The position numbers and the translations under genes are program-made. Of a stretch of DNA of 64,000 bases, positions 24,411-37,685 are shown one piece after another. The DNA is from Rhina ancylostomus (Eukaryota), in assembly GCA_030265395.1 (NCBI GenBank), contig JARFYF010000056.1:21758441-21822440 (forward strand), written 5' to 3'. The stretch's first letter is position 1. Each line of letters opens with the position of its first letter. Under the pieces are notes generated by a model, which was given only the letters and a program-made list of their open reading frames with translations, was not told the DNA's origin and searched no databases.

Positions 24411-24524
24411 TTAAATTCTTCCAAATGTGGGTTTACATTTCCCACTATGTTACACAGAATACCAGTTTAACTCTGGTTAGTAATCTTGTAGTACATTTGC
24501 AGAGAGTTATCACAAAGAACCATT

Positions 24525-24612
24525 CATAGAGTCAGAGTTATACAGCACAGAAATGGCCCCCTCAGCCCACCACATCTATATCATCCTTTTTGCCAATCTA
24601 CACTAAACCCCT
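24525..24612 (-). mobile_element. CR1 or CR1-tailed SINE 3' tail
   Basis: CATAGAGTCAGAGTTATACAGCACAGAAATGGCCCCTCAGCCCACC. Confidence 0.7.
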
Positions 24613-26139
24613 CTTGAGAGGTTTTCAGTTTGTCTCCTCCTTGCACTCCATTGATGTACACGACGTTATCATCACATGGAACATACTGTGGCAGAGTGTG
24701 GAGTTGGAACGTACTACCAACAATTAATGCATCAACATATGCTTAAGTGGGAATAGACCCCATTAGTCTGCTGTTCAAGTGTGTCTGGTGCATGTTAAAC
24801 GTTGCAATAAATTTAACAGAATAGTTTTCCACGTAAATAGACGCGGTACCTGTGACTAAACCATCAGACTCCAGGGACTGTATAGGCTTCTCTTTGTTCT
24901 CATTTAGGAGTAATTGTTCAACGGACAGTTTTGAGGAAGATGCGATCATTTGTTACATGCAGGGAAATAGTAAACACAGAATTCTGTAGCATTGGATATT
25001 CACCAAGATGACCAAGGGAGATTAACATTACCTCCCAGTTTTTGTTTTGAAACCTGGCATTCTGTTTGTAAAATTCATGGTCTTCATAATTTCCACAACT
25101 AAGCTTTGGGATTTATCTGTCTTTATTCCCAGTATTTTTACGCTCTTCAAGTACATTTAATTTCTTTCCATCCAGAGATTTCAGAGCCTGCCTTCTCCAC
25201 TACTGAAGATAAGCAAATATCTGTTATTTATGTGATGTATTAGTGATGTAAATAAAGATACTTGCAAAGTCTGTTTGCTTTGGATGGAATCACCAATGGA
25301 GGGACAATGTGTGTTTGTTTTCAGACACAGCCTCCCCACTGCTCAAATTCATTTTATGTACAAGCCAAATGCAAAATCCTGTACAAAGTAATGTCATCAG
25401 ACTGCATTTAAGAACCTACTTTTAAAAACAACTGCAGTTAAACACATTTCTTAATATGTTTGTGAGTGGTATCCCAGCAGAGACTCATTAAAACTGCTGA
25501 ATATGGGTTTAATCACAGAATAATGAACACTGTGGTTCAGAGCATTTGCATCTCCACCCATCTGTAACCTAATTTTCAGTTATTTACAATTTCTTTCAAA
25601 AATATGCAGAATCACTTATTAATAATACTATCATACAGAATGACAAATAATGAAAAAGTAATTAAAAGCTTGTAGAAGATATATGCTTGTGTTTTTGTAC
25701 TCCAAACAAGATTAATCTTTCAGTCTTACTGAACACACCGCCAGATGTGATGGTGAAATCACTAAGTTTAAGAAGCATTTAGATAGACACAGAAATAGCC
25801 AAGACACAGAAGGATACAGTGTGGGAAAATGGGATGAGTATATATGGGCAAAATAGTCGACATGTACATGAAAGGCCCAAGTGCCCACTGACCTCCGCAC
25901 AACTCTGACTGAACTACAAACAATTGGAAACAGGCAGTGGTGATGAATTCCATGTGGGAGTATGGCCACATTTGTGGGTAGTACCAGCTTTGGAGAACTG
26001 ATTTATGAAACATCGCAAAAGATCAGCCTGCACCAATAAACCCATTTGGGTTTGAAAGTCATTAATGATTTCCACTGGTTAAGCTAATTAGAGTAAACCA
26101 TGTTTAATGGGAAAAGGCAACACAACAAAAACCCCAGGC

Positions 26140-26490
26140 ATCCAAAACAAAATCCTGCAGCATAAAAAGCACAGCGGAGAGAAACAGAGTTGATACTTTC
26201 AGTCAATGAATATTCCTCAAAAGCAGACTTATGAAAGATCATCAACCTGAGACAACAACTCTTGCCCTCACCACACAATCTGCCTGACCTGCTGAGTATG
26301 TCCAGCACTNNNNNNNNNNNNNNNNNNNNNNNNNNNNNNNNNNNNNNNNNNNNNNNNNNNNNNNNNNNNNNNNNNNNNNNNNNNNNNNNNNNNNNNNNNN
26401 NNNNNNNNNGAGACATCAACTCTTCCCCTCACCACACAAGCTGCCTGACCTGCTGAGTATGTCCAGCACTTTCCATTTTATGTCAGAATG
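26140..26490. mobile_element. Penelope-like foldback element with gap-flanking duplication
   Basis: GGAGAGAAACAGAGTTGATACTTTCAGTCAATGA / ATGAAAGATCATCAACCTGAGACAACAACTC...CTGCCTGACCTGCTGAGTATGTCCAGCAC, repeated across the 100-N gap. Confidence 0.65.
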
Positions 26491-29219
26491 CACAAGAAAA
26501 TACTTTGTTCAAAATAGATTCATTGCTATAAAAATTAGATGGGATTTTAAAAAAGTAGTTAACAAGCACCTACCTCCCTGCCTATGCTGGGTTAAACTAT
26601 GGCAGTCTCCAGTCAATTGAATGGGAGATATCAGCTTCCAGGAAAAAAAAATGATCTATTTTAATTTGGTTCAATGATTTTAATGTGTAGATCTACTTTA
26701 TAGCTTTCTAAATGTCATCATTTTAGTCAATATACATAAGTATGTCATATGCACAAAGTGCAATGATAAACTTACTTGGAGCCGCATCACAGACTCATAG
26801 CATCATATCAGCAGCATGTAAGCATTATTTTATTTAATATTTTTACTTTTTCTTCCACCAACTGTCACTGAATGTCTGTGAATGTCGATGATGCTGACTC
26901 TGACTCAGTGACCTGGCCACAGTCACTGTGAGTGTTGGAGGTCGGTGGTGGGCGGGGGTGGGGGGGGCGTGTGGGGAATGGGGAGCTGCAGTCTGCACTG
27001 AAACAACTCCCGCCTCATGCAGTGCTGAGCTGCACCAAAGTTCTGGGAGCCGGGCTCTCAGTGCAAGACTGTGATATGGGCCAGCCTGATAAAAATAACA
27101 TGGCCTGGGGCAAGCATCCAGCTGTTTTGGGCAATGGAAGATCAGCCCCGATAGTAATTCCGTTGAGGCTTTTCTAGTTGAATATTTCTTTTATTTTCTG
27201 CTTCTCTTTTATTCTTTTGTCCACAGCAGGTGCATAAAGTGAACTGTGACTCAGATCACTCCAGGGGAAAGAAAGAAACAAGCCTGATTGATCCCAATGG
27301 GACCAGACTCGATGAAGCATAAAGGTACATAATGACATGGTTGAAAACTGTTCGGCTCAGATAGTATATCATCTACAATACATGAACAGGATGTCAGATT
27401 TACTTCATATTTTGCAGGATCTCCGTCTTTTGGGGATAGCAAACAGTCATTGAATGCACTCTAGCACACAGTCCTTGCACTAGAATCCAAGCCCACTCTT
27501 ATTTTGGGAATCCATTGGCATTTGAACAGACACACAATTTCTATCAACTAAAGCAGCAGAGAAAGTGCTTCCTCTCCGCTACGACCAGTTGGCTCTTCAC
27601 TATTATTAATATTGGATGAAGATCATTTGAAAATAAAACTAAGTAAACAAGAAACCAATTGCACATGAAATCTGGGTGCTCAAATGAGCACGTCTTCACA
27701 GTTAGCCAGAATAGTTCTATGAAATGTCCAATTCCAGTGCCAAATCAGAGAATAACACTCAGTGAATGCGGCAAGTAGTAAACATGTGATGTGCAGGTCA
27801 CCCAGCCTCTGCAGAGAGAAACTGAGTTAATGTTTCAGGTTGACAGCCTTTCTTCATTGACCTGAGTGATCACTGATGGTCCTGACTTCCAGCATCCATG
27901 ATATTTTGCTTTTAATTTGTTGTCAAGAAATTTGTGTCATGAATTTGTCTTCTGTTAGTTAAAATATAAATGTTGCCTTGTCAGCTTTTGTTAAACTGAC
28001 ACCCTGAAGCTTAGAAATTCCAGCAAGGACACGAGAGGTTGACTTGACCCTCACTGATCTAACAATCTGTGGTTATAAATTGATCCAGGTCTCCAATGCT
28101 AAATGCACTACATTGTTATGTACTCTGTTTCTGAAGTTCACTTCCACTCAACTTAATTAAATCATATCTCAGAAGCAAAGTCATATGCCACTGTATGCAA
28201 CTCCTTAACATGTTTAGAGCAAATGGCTGGGAGATGAACCTCTATGCAAGTACAGCAAAGAAATTCCTCTCAATCTGTCCATGCACATCCGGAGGCAATC
28301 TCTCTGTAAGAAATGTCATGGGCAAATGTCAGATTACACTGAGTATCAGTTGAATTGTCCCCACATCCCTTAATTCCACTCTGCACATTAATCAGTTGTT
28401 CCTACATAGACTTGCCTTCAATTTTTTAAAACAGTATTTGGAAATTGTACAATGGGTACAATTAGCACAGGAATGAGAAAGCTTTTCATCCTTGATAAAA
28501 AGCACCACTCCCTTTAAAAATGAGCACTTCCACTGTATCACCTTATTAATGCTTCAGTTCACATTGCGCAAATGTGTAAAGAACATAAAATATTAATTGA
28601 GAATGGAAATATCACAGTCCTTTCTTATGGAACAACTCATCAAAAATGTATCACATGCCTCAATTATATATCTTAATAACCTCAAATTCTTAAAGGAACG
28701 AATGAATGAATTTCAATTAAAATGACTGTATGGTCCCTCCCTCCCATCCACATTAACAAATACTTTGATGAACAACCGCTTTCAAAACCACATCAAAGTA
28801 AATTATGTCCTAACTCTTTCTGGAAGTCCAAGATATTAAGATCATCTCAGGATGTTAAAAAGGTACCTTTTCAAATTATAAAGTCAATTTAGTAAATGAG
28901 CAGACTTTGACTACAAGATAACTTCTTTGTGAATAAATAATAGAATTTAAATTACCACTCAGTGCATTGAGAATTCCCGTCAGCTTTTAAAACTCTCATC
29001 AGCCTCAGTCACATAATATCTGGGAAAATTACAATGTTATAACAGGAAATGAGAGCGATTTCCAATAAAGTCAGAGACAAAAAGGGGAGAAATTAAGTCA
29101 TGTCGTCTACTTATATTAAAAACTCATTCAGCCTACTTTATACTAATTCCCCAGCAGTCCTTGAATACTCATTTGGTACTGGACTGGAAAGATGTATTCA
29201 AGCATTATTGTTCAATGTA

Positions 29220-29616
29220 CAATAAAACTCCGATAAACCAGTTTCCAATCGCTCGGAAATCCTGATGGTCCATCATCTGAAATGTGAAACGAGGGTCGTG
29301 ACTGGATGTGGAGCCAGGGCTCCAAAACTGGAGCATGGCTGGGATCCAGAACGTGGATCAAATGTGTGGAGGTCTGGAACACCAAGAGTGAGGAATGGTG
29401 GTAGGTTTGATGTCAGAGTATTTGTATCGTTTTTACTCGCTTTAAAGTCATTGGGTTCAGTGGAAAATTTATGACACTATGAAGTAATACGTTAAAAATA
29501 AAAGTACAATAAAAGCATGTCTGGGTATTAATATGAGTAAGATCTAATAGTTTCAAAAATCTGCTGGTCCAGCTCTACCAAAGTCCCAAGGATGCCAGAT
29601 TATTGGAGTTTTACAG
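29220..29616 (+). mobile_element. Tigger/pogo-like MITE, family A copy 1
   Basis: TA|CAATAAAACTCCGATAA ... TTATTGGAGTTTTACAG|TA: imperfect TIRs, TA target site. Confidence 0.7.
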
Positions 29617-31249
29617 TAACTCAACATTTGAACTACTAATTTGCAACTGTGTGATGTAAATTTAGACGAATTCTGCTGCAGTCACCAAAGAGCGCATCTG
29701 TCCAACTCTATATGGTAATTAAATCAGTTTTTATATAAAAAGTGGATATTATGGACAGGTGAGTTCGTAGTTATATTTGCAGATGACCAAAAGTTACATA
29801 GACAGAAGAAAGGTTACATCAGAAGACCAAGGAGCTTGATAAACATCCTGTAAATGCCAAGTTAAAGTCCAAGCGCACTGATAAACCATACAACCCATGT
29901 TAATCATCCAATGGGCAGTGAAGCTGACATCAACTTTGGGACATCCATAGTTTAACATAGAAATCTCAAAGCAGCTGTTGGTATTTTATATCTTCCTGCA
30001 GGTGAGTGCTGTTTGCAGACTTCACAACAATTGTTGGAAATTAGATTAATTAATTTGATGACAAATGTGTCAGATTGAAAAGTATTCTGGAATGCCACAT
30101 GCTTTGTGTTTATAACAGTAATCAAAATGATAAATTTTGCAAAGCAAACTGGTTATAAAAACTAATGTATTTGGATAGAAACATTGCAACATAAGTAATT
30201 TAAAAACTTTATTTTCCAAAGTAGTTTATGATATTTGAGTTTCTACCTTAAACATACCACCCTTTGCATTATGTACAATGAATTAAAAATAAACAATTTT
30301 GTTCTGGTCTGCTTTCTGTGATTGTCTGCTGTGACCTTCCAGTCGCAGGACACAAAGCATACAGTTAAAAAAGGTTTGACAGCAGCAGAAATCAGAAGAG
30401 GAGAATTTCACACCACAGAGGCCACAAAGTCTATGTGGAGAGCTTGTTTTTAGAATTATTAAGGACAACTTATTAAGGACCAGTGACTACATGTTCTGAT
30501 CACACTGATGTGTGGGTGAGGAATGAAGTCAAAAGATCAAGTGACATTACTGTTCTTTATATACTACTCTCAAACACTGCAAAGGAGCCAGAATAAAGAG
30601 GGGGTTCTCTCCACTGTCCCCTCCGCCAGTTCCTCCCAACCCCGACACACACACACAATTAGTTGTTTTAACTGAGATGCATTGTTTGAAATGGTAGTGG
30701 AAGTAAATTCAATGGTAACTTTTAAATGAGAATTAGAGATATGGCACTTGAAGGGGTGTAGAACTTAAGTGACCACTTCCTCATAATGAGAACAAATGCG
30801 CTATGGGTTAAAAGGCCTTCAGGTGTAGGGTACAATGATTATTTAAATCATCTGCTGTTTCTTTAGCGCCAAAGTACAGCTTTGTTTTATGACAATGCTT
30901 GATTAAAACTAATGTAGTATTTACCCTGTAAATGCAGAAGCTTGATTTGAAGAACTAAAGCTAGATTTTTGTGCTGAAAATTCCCATCTATTCTAATCTG
31001 AAGAGTTAGAGTGCAACATTACTGAGAAACTAAAAGCAAACTTGATGAAGTATTCAAATTCTACTCGCTGTGCCACTCTCAACATGTCATGACTATCAGC
31101 AAGTTAATGGACTTCTTGTGTCCCTTTCACCCACGATCTGTTCTTGAGGTCACAGGTGTTTGCCTCTAAGTCCCAGTCAAGCTGTTTTTTTTAAAATCTT
31201 CCCCCCTCAAAATGTAGAGAAACTTTCAATCCAGAAACACTGCATCTTA

Positions 31250-31885
31250 TTTTTTTATTTCAAAAATGAAGTTTATTTTTAATTTTAAAAAATATNNNNN
31301 NNNNNNNNAGTGCAAAACCTTTTACATTCATGGTCATTAGTGTTAACTTTTTTTTTAAAAGACCATTGCCACTCATGTGGCTGCCTGGGCTGATGCACCT
31401 CATCAGTGTTTGAGGGGCTTCTCCACTCACCTCAGCCCCTCCACGTGCAGTATCAGGAGCCTCGACTGTGGCCCTTCCCCACAGAGCCTTTGCATTGGCT
31501 GCTCCAAGCTTCAATGCATCCCTCAGCACGTATTCCTGTTGCCTGAAATGTGCCAGTTGGCAGCATTCCCTTATGGGCATCTCACTGTGCTGGAAGACCA
31601 ACAGGTTTCAAGCAGACCAAAGGATGTCCTTCACCGAGTTGACGACCTTTCAGAAACACCTGTCTATCTCAGTGTGCCCCACCGTGGGAACAGCCCATAG
31701 ATCAGAGAGTCCTTTATACACCAGCTGGGGATGAACCAAGACAAGGATCCTTCCCCAAACCCTTTTAGCAAATCCACAGTCTGCAATGAAGTGGGTGACC
31801 GTCTCTTCCCCACCACAGCCATCCTGAGGGCAGCATGTGAGAAGAGCAGTGGTGCTTGTTAGTGAGTTCTGGCCAAGAGGCATCT
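31250..31885 (-). mobile_element. Tx1/L1-clade LINE 3' fragment, same family as 13025-14709
   Basis: CCPQDGCGGEETVTHFIADCGFAKRVW (zf-RVT) and QEYVLRDALKLGAANAKALWGRATV, nearly identical to the 14380-14450 translation. Confidence 0.9.
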
Positions 31886-34264
31886 ATGCTTCGTTAGCTC
31901 CTGGACCTCCTAGTTGTTCTCATCGAGCAATCCTGGTACTTTCTGGTAGAGAAGCCCAAAACTCTTCATGTACAGGGTAGTTCAGATACCATTGTGGATA
32001 CTGTGTGGCTCCTGCTGATTGGAGGTTGTCAGGTTGTCTGTGAGGTCCTTCAGAGGAAGAATGGGCCAGCTTCCAGCAGTAGTCTGTAGTTTTGAGGCCA
32101 AACAAATGGAGGAAATTTAATTTATTACACAGGTCAGCCCAACTTTCGCTGGTGCCTTCCAAGGTGCAGTGAGGCCAACGTCCTTGCTGTTCTTAAGTCA
32201 GCAATGATATAAACTGACTGCTGCCAATCTCAGTGGGGGATATTGTCATGAGGTCTTGTGCTTGTCTACCTGAAGAAATAGGATGACCAGACTGCACATT
32301 TTGTCGGGAGGTAGACTCTGCGGGACTCAACTTTCCTGACTCTTCCTTTGCCAATCAAAGCTGTCCAGAGGATTGAGTTTTCTTCTGACAGACCACTGAG
32401 CTACAGAAATAGAGGAATGGCTGAGCAAATCCTGCTCTGCCTGAACCCTCCCAATCACTTGCAGCAGGGATGACCAGATAATGATGAGGTCGAGGAGCTG
32501 GTGTGGAGGCCAATTAGTCTGCCTGTTGCCCAGCCAAGAACAACCTGGGGTTCAAATCCAGAGTGTGAATTAGCTTCTCACCTGTTGTTCACCTTCAATC
32601 TATTTTGCATCTTAATATATTTTCTTGGCGAGGATTACATTCACACATCTCCAGGCAAAACCCTCTTGTTGTTGAAAATCAGCTAAATGCAGAGCAGAGT
32701 AATCTTGTGCACATCTGTGAATTTTAGAACCCATTGAGAAATTTCCATTGGATGGAACTCCATTGGATGTTCTCTGAAACTCTTCCTTTCTGGTGTACAC
32801 CTGTCCCAAATGACAACAACAGTATTGCAACACACAAAATTCATCCTGTGAGATTTTCAGCCTCTCTGGCCTGAAAAGCAATGGTTCTTATTTATTCACA
32901 AGACAATTAATTCTGACTAACTTTATTTCTCATGATAATGTGCTAAAGGGCCAATACTCAAACTGTAATTTTTGACCTTGCAGAGACCTGTGACAATCTG
33001 CAACCTCAAATACTGCCTCACCCTCAAGTCTGAAGGCTTTGCTCATGCAGGTTAGGATCACCACTCGAGGCTCAGGACCATTCCTTCCAGTTGCTGCTGA
33101 CTTCTGTAACATCTCAGTCTGCTGAGCTCAACAGGTCACCAAAACTCCGCAATCAAATAAAGGACACTTCAACTTTTCCTTCAGTCCGCAGGAGCAGATG
33201 GAGGGGGCATAACCATAAGCAGGCTTCCCTAAACAGCAAGTAATTATCAACTGAACTTCTGCCCATTGGAACCTTCTGCCACCACTGCTTGACTGGAGCC
33301 ATAGAGTCTCTGTGGCTATTGCAGGAACTGTTCTTCACCAGCCAACCCAGGTCTCTCTGACCTTGTGGAGCACTCTCCTAACACCTGCAATCATTGCAGC
33401 ATCCATTCTCGCAATGTCACACTCCTCTGCAGTGGGAAGAGTGTGGTTTGTATTGTGTACACCCCTTTAAAAACTGGCTGCAAAGATCCACAAGGAACAA
33501 TAGGCTGAAACTGACTGAATATTACACAGGGAAATATGATCATTCTCTTCCCAAAACCTCACATATGAAGCTTTTTCCAGTTACTTTCCACACACAGTGT
33601 TGGTGTGACATGCAACAGTTATTTTTATATAAACACCAAGAACCAATGCAGAACAATTTCTGGATCTCTATTTGTACAGGCTGTCGTTGGACACAGCATC
33701 AACTCGTGCACACAGCAACAAGAGAAAAACTCCTGAATAAACAATTTAAGAAAAACTTCTACAAGCCAATTGTCTGAGACTTAACACAAGCTCTTGTGCC
33801 AGAAATAACTCACCCAAACAACTCTTTCACACTAATCAACTAAATGGAATTATTATCTGCAGAACTGATGCTGATTTTTGCATCGAACTAGATGAACTAA
33901 TCTCCCAATTAGAGATTGAGTGAATTTCCTAATTGGCACCAGTGGGAATTGGTTAAGATTGTTTGTTTCTCTGGTGTTTCCCAGCCTGTGTTGCATTCAC
34001 TTTTCGTTATCCTTGTGATACAAACAGATTACCCACAGGTCACCAGAAGACCAATTTATTGGTCTGATGAATTACTTTGTTCTAAATTACCTATATTTGT
34101 GTAAGATTCTGATGGTGATAACACTAAATCTTTAATCTGTATAAGTTTTACTTTGTAGAAGATAGTTCAAGGCTTGACCCCTCAGTTATCACCAGCTAAG
34201 AATTTTTACACTCATGCCTCCCTTGTAGACAGAACAAGAGAACATTTTGAATTCAAAGCTCATG

Positions 34265-34674
34265 AAAGGGATATTATGAGTGCAATGGATAGAGCAGAAC
34301 AGGTGGATGTTGTATACTTGGATATCCAGAAGGCATTCAATAAACTTATCCATAAGACACGGATGCATGGAGTTGGGGGTAATGTATTAGCATGGATAGG
34401 AGATTGGTTAACCAATAGAACGCAGAGAGTTGGGATAAATGAGTGTTTCTCTGGTTGGCAATCAGTGGAGAGTGGGTCAGCGCAGGGTCCACAACTGTTC
34501 ACAATACACATTAATGACTTCGAACAGGGGACCAACTGTAGCGTATGTAAGGTTGCTGATGACACTAAATTGATTGGAAAAGCAAATTGTGCAGAGGATG
34601 TGGCATGTCTGCAGGGAGATGTAGATGGGTTAAGTGTGTGGTCAAGGGTCTGGCAGATGGAGTATAACGTTAGT
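34265..34674 (+). mobile_element. CR1 LINE RT fragment, ends at an approximately 1-kb N gap
   Basis: VDVVYLDIQKAFNKL...HGVGGNVLAWIGDWLTNRTQRVGIN...GPQLFTIHIND...KVADDTKL. Confidence 0.95.
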
Positions 34675-35671
34675 NNNNNNNNNNNNNNNNNNNNNNNNNN
34701 NNNNNNNNNNNNNNNNNNNNNNNNNNNNNNNNNNNNNNNNNNNNNNNNNNNNNNNNNNNNNNNNNNNNNNNNNNNNNNNNNNNNNNNNNNNNNNNNNNNN
34801 NNNNNNNNNNNNNNNNNNNNNNNNNNNNNNNNNNNNNNNNNNNNNNNNNNNNNNNNNNNNNNNNNNNNNNNNNNNNNNNNNNNNNNNNNNNNNNNNNNNN
34901 NNNNNNNNNNNNNNNNNNNNNNNNNNNNNNNNNNNNNNNNNNNNNNNNNNNNNNNNNNNNNNNNNNNNNNNNNNNNNNNNNNNNNNNNNNNNNNNNNNNN
35001 NNNNNNNNNNNNNNNNNNNNNNNNNNNNNNNNNNNNNNNNNNNNNNNNNNNNNNNNNNNNNNNNNNNNNNNNNNNNNNNNNNNNNNNNNNNNNNNNNNNN
35101 NNNNNNNNNNNNNNNNNNNNNNNNNNNNNNNNNNNNNNNNNNNNNNNNNNNNNNNNNNNNNNNNNNNNNNNNNNNNNNNNNNNNNNNNNNNNNNNNNNNN
35201 NNNNNNNNNNNNNNNNNNNNNNNNNNNNNNNNNNNNNNNNNNNNNNNNNNNNNNNNNNNNNNNNNNNNNNNNNNNNNNNNNNNNNNNNNNNNNNNNNNNN
35301 NNNNNNNNNNNNNNNNNNNNNNNNNNNNNNNNNNNNNNNNNNNNNNNNNNNNNNNNNNNNNNNNNNNNNNNNNNNNNNNNNNNNNNNNNNNNNNNNNNNN
35401 NNNNNNNNNNNNNNNNNNNNNNNNNNNNNNNNNNNNNNNNNNNNNNNNNNNNNNNNNNNNNNNNNNNNNNNNNNNNNNNNNNNNNNNNNNNNNNNNNNNN
35501 NNNNNNNNNNNNNNNNNNNNNNNNNNNNNNNNNNNNNNNNNNNNNNNNNNNNNNNNNNNNNNNNNNNNNNNNNNNNNNNNNNNNNNNNNNNNNNNNNNNN
35601 NNNNNNNNNNNNNNNNNNNNNNNNNNNNNNNNNNNNNNNNNNNNNNNNNNNNNNNNNNNNNNNNNNNNNNN

Positions 35672-35760
35672 ATAATTTTATATGTTTCTATAAGATCCCC
35701 TCTCATTCTTCTGAATTCCAGCGAGTATTATCCCAGGCCACTCAATCTCTCCTCATAGGC
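35672..35760 (-). mobile_element. CR1 LINE fragment
   Basis: YEERLSGLG-YSLEFRRMRGDLIETYKI. Confidence 0.85.
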
Positions 35761-36789
35761 GAGTCCTTTTAACAAAAACTGTTTCGTTTTGTGAACTGTG
35801 TAGACCAAGAAATTAAGCAAATAAAATGCACCTTATTTTTGCTTAAGACTGTACCATCACTGGGTATGAAAGTAAATGCAAGTGAAAGACTTTGGTCTCA
35901 TATTGGATTCCATTTTGCAATTCCACAAAATTGCACAAGCTGAGTTTAAAGGCACCACAGTTCAATTTAAAAGACCTAAGTTTTCCCACCAGACCATGGA
36001 TGATTGACTTTTGACCATGCTTTTCACAAGTGTCTGAACAAAATGATGTGCGAGCAAGATTTTACAATCTGGAGTGTTAATTATATGGCACTTAGTTTAT
36101 CAGGGAAATAACAAACATGGAATATCTGTGTGTCACTTAACAGTTGTATTTCACGGTAAAATATATCCTTTCACAGTTTCCTTTTGTTTCAGTCTGGATT
36201 TCAAAGTGAGAAAGAGGAAGTGAAAGTGAGGGTCAAAAGGCCCATTTCCGTGCTGTATGAATCGATGGCTCTAGAATGGCTGCTAACCCAATTTAATGTT
36301 TCTGCAATGAATTTCTCATTTGTCAGGAACCAAAACATTGGGGTAAGAAGCACTCCACGTGAATGTAATTTCAAATATTTTGCAATACAGATGTTGATAC
36401 TAAATTTAAAAATTAAGGAAAACTGAGATGCGTAGAGAATAGTCTATATTCTTAATCACACCCACAAACTCTCGAAGTGCAAAGGCGGACAGTGATGTTC
36501 CTGACAGGGAAGTGCATTTCTCTGCACAACTTGGAAGTTCATCAGAGGCCGATGGTGAAGCACCATGGGACTGAAGCTTCATCTTGCCGCCTTGGACGAA
36601 ATTAGTCCATCAGCAACCTGATATATCAACAGTCAAAATTAATCTCCTTGAAGTGAACGGAAATGACATTTGTGAAAGTAAATGGCAACACCAGTTTTTA
36701 TACCCAGGTGGCAAACAAAACATCTATCCTGCAGACCAGACAGTGACTATCAGGAGAGAAAAAAAATTGAACCGGATCATTTTTCAAGG

Positions 36790-36900
36790 ATTCTGATAAA
36801 AAGTCATCAATCTGAAACATTAACGGTTTCTCCACAGAGGCTTTATAGATCAACTGAGTTTCTATTTTTATTGTAAATTCCCAGCATCCACAGTTTTATT
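36790..36900 (+). mobile_element. Penelope-like 3' arm
   Basis: TTCTGATAAAAAGTCATCAATCTGAAACATTAAC...CCCAGCATCCACAG. Confidence 0.6.
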
Positions 36901-37424
36901 AAATATTATTTTAATTTATCGCAATAGGATTTGAACTTTGCTTTCATTTGATTCATATCTAATTTTTTCCTCAAGGAAAGTAAATCCATTGTTATAGCCT
37001 ATTGTATATTGTCTTCCAGAGTGTGATTTGTTTATCTATTAAAAGCAACCATGAGGATAAAGCAGTAACAGGAATCATTAGGAAATTAATTACCTCATGG
37101 CTCTATTACACACCGTAAGACATGTTATCCCACATTTCGATGCGTGCTAGGTCACATTTTAGTACAGAGAAAGTACAAGATTGCCTGAAGAATTGGACCT
37201 TGGTACTTAATGTGAGAAAAAAATACATTTGAAGTATGGCTAAATTGTAACAGCCAGTCCAAAGTAAAAAAGTTAGTCTTACCAAGTTTTCTTTTTGAAG
37301 TAATTATTTTTGTTGAAGGGAAAACATCGCAGATTTTCCTCAGAACTGCTGGCAATTCTCTATGGAACTGTTCACAGTTAACTGCCAAGAAGTGTGAGAT
37401 GTCTGCATTTGCACACTTCTGAGA

Positions 37425-37685
37425 GACAGGAACAGAGGTGCTATAACAACTTAGCCAGTGAAGCAGCATTTGTGGAAAGGGAAACCAGTGAACATTTCGG
37501 GCCAATGATCCTTTCTGGAAACTGGAACTTGGAACAAAACTCTCACTCTTTTCCCGTTTCCGAAGAAGGGTCATTGACCCAAAATGTTAACTGGTTTCTC
37601 CATCCACTGATGCTGCATCATTGACTAAATTCTTCCAGCATTTCTTTATTGGTTCAGATTCTAGCATCTGTGGTTTTATTTGTTT
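37425..37685. mobile_element. Penelope-like foldback element
   Basis: About 37463-37527 is the reverse complement of about 37551-37617 (GCAGCATTTGTGGAAAGGGAAACCAGTGAACATTTCGGGCCAATGATCC / GGGTCATTGACCCAAAATGTTAACTGGTTTCTCCATCCACTGATGCTGC). Confidence 0.8.

Noticed and set aside
25940-26001. C/D-box snoRNA (GTGATGA ... CTGA)
   Set aside because: No terminal stem and no recognisable antisense element. Such box pairs are expected by chance in 64 kb.
29740-29860. Possible exon reading IFADDQKLHRQ
   Set aside because: It resembles the FADD box of an ancient LINE RT remnant and is followed by stops. Too short to annotate.
34174-35772. 532-aa ORF, the longest in the track, and other X-containing ORFs
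   Set aside because: They read through N gaps. The real part of this one is a CR1 RT fragment, and the CR1 piece beyond the gap is on the opposite strand.
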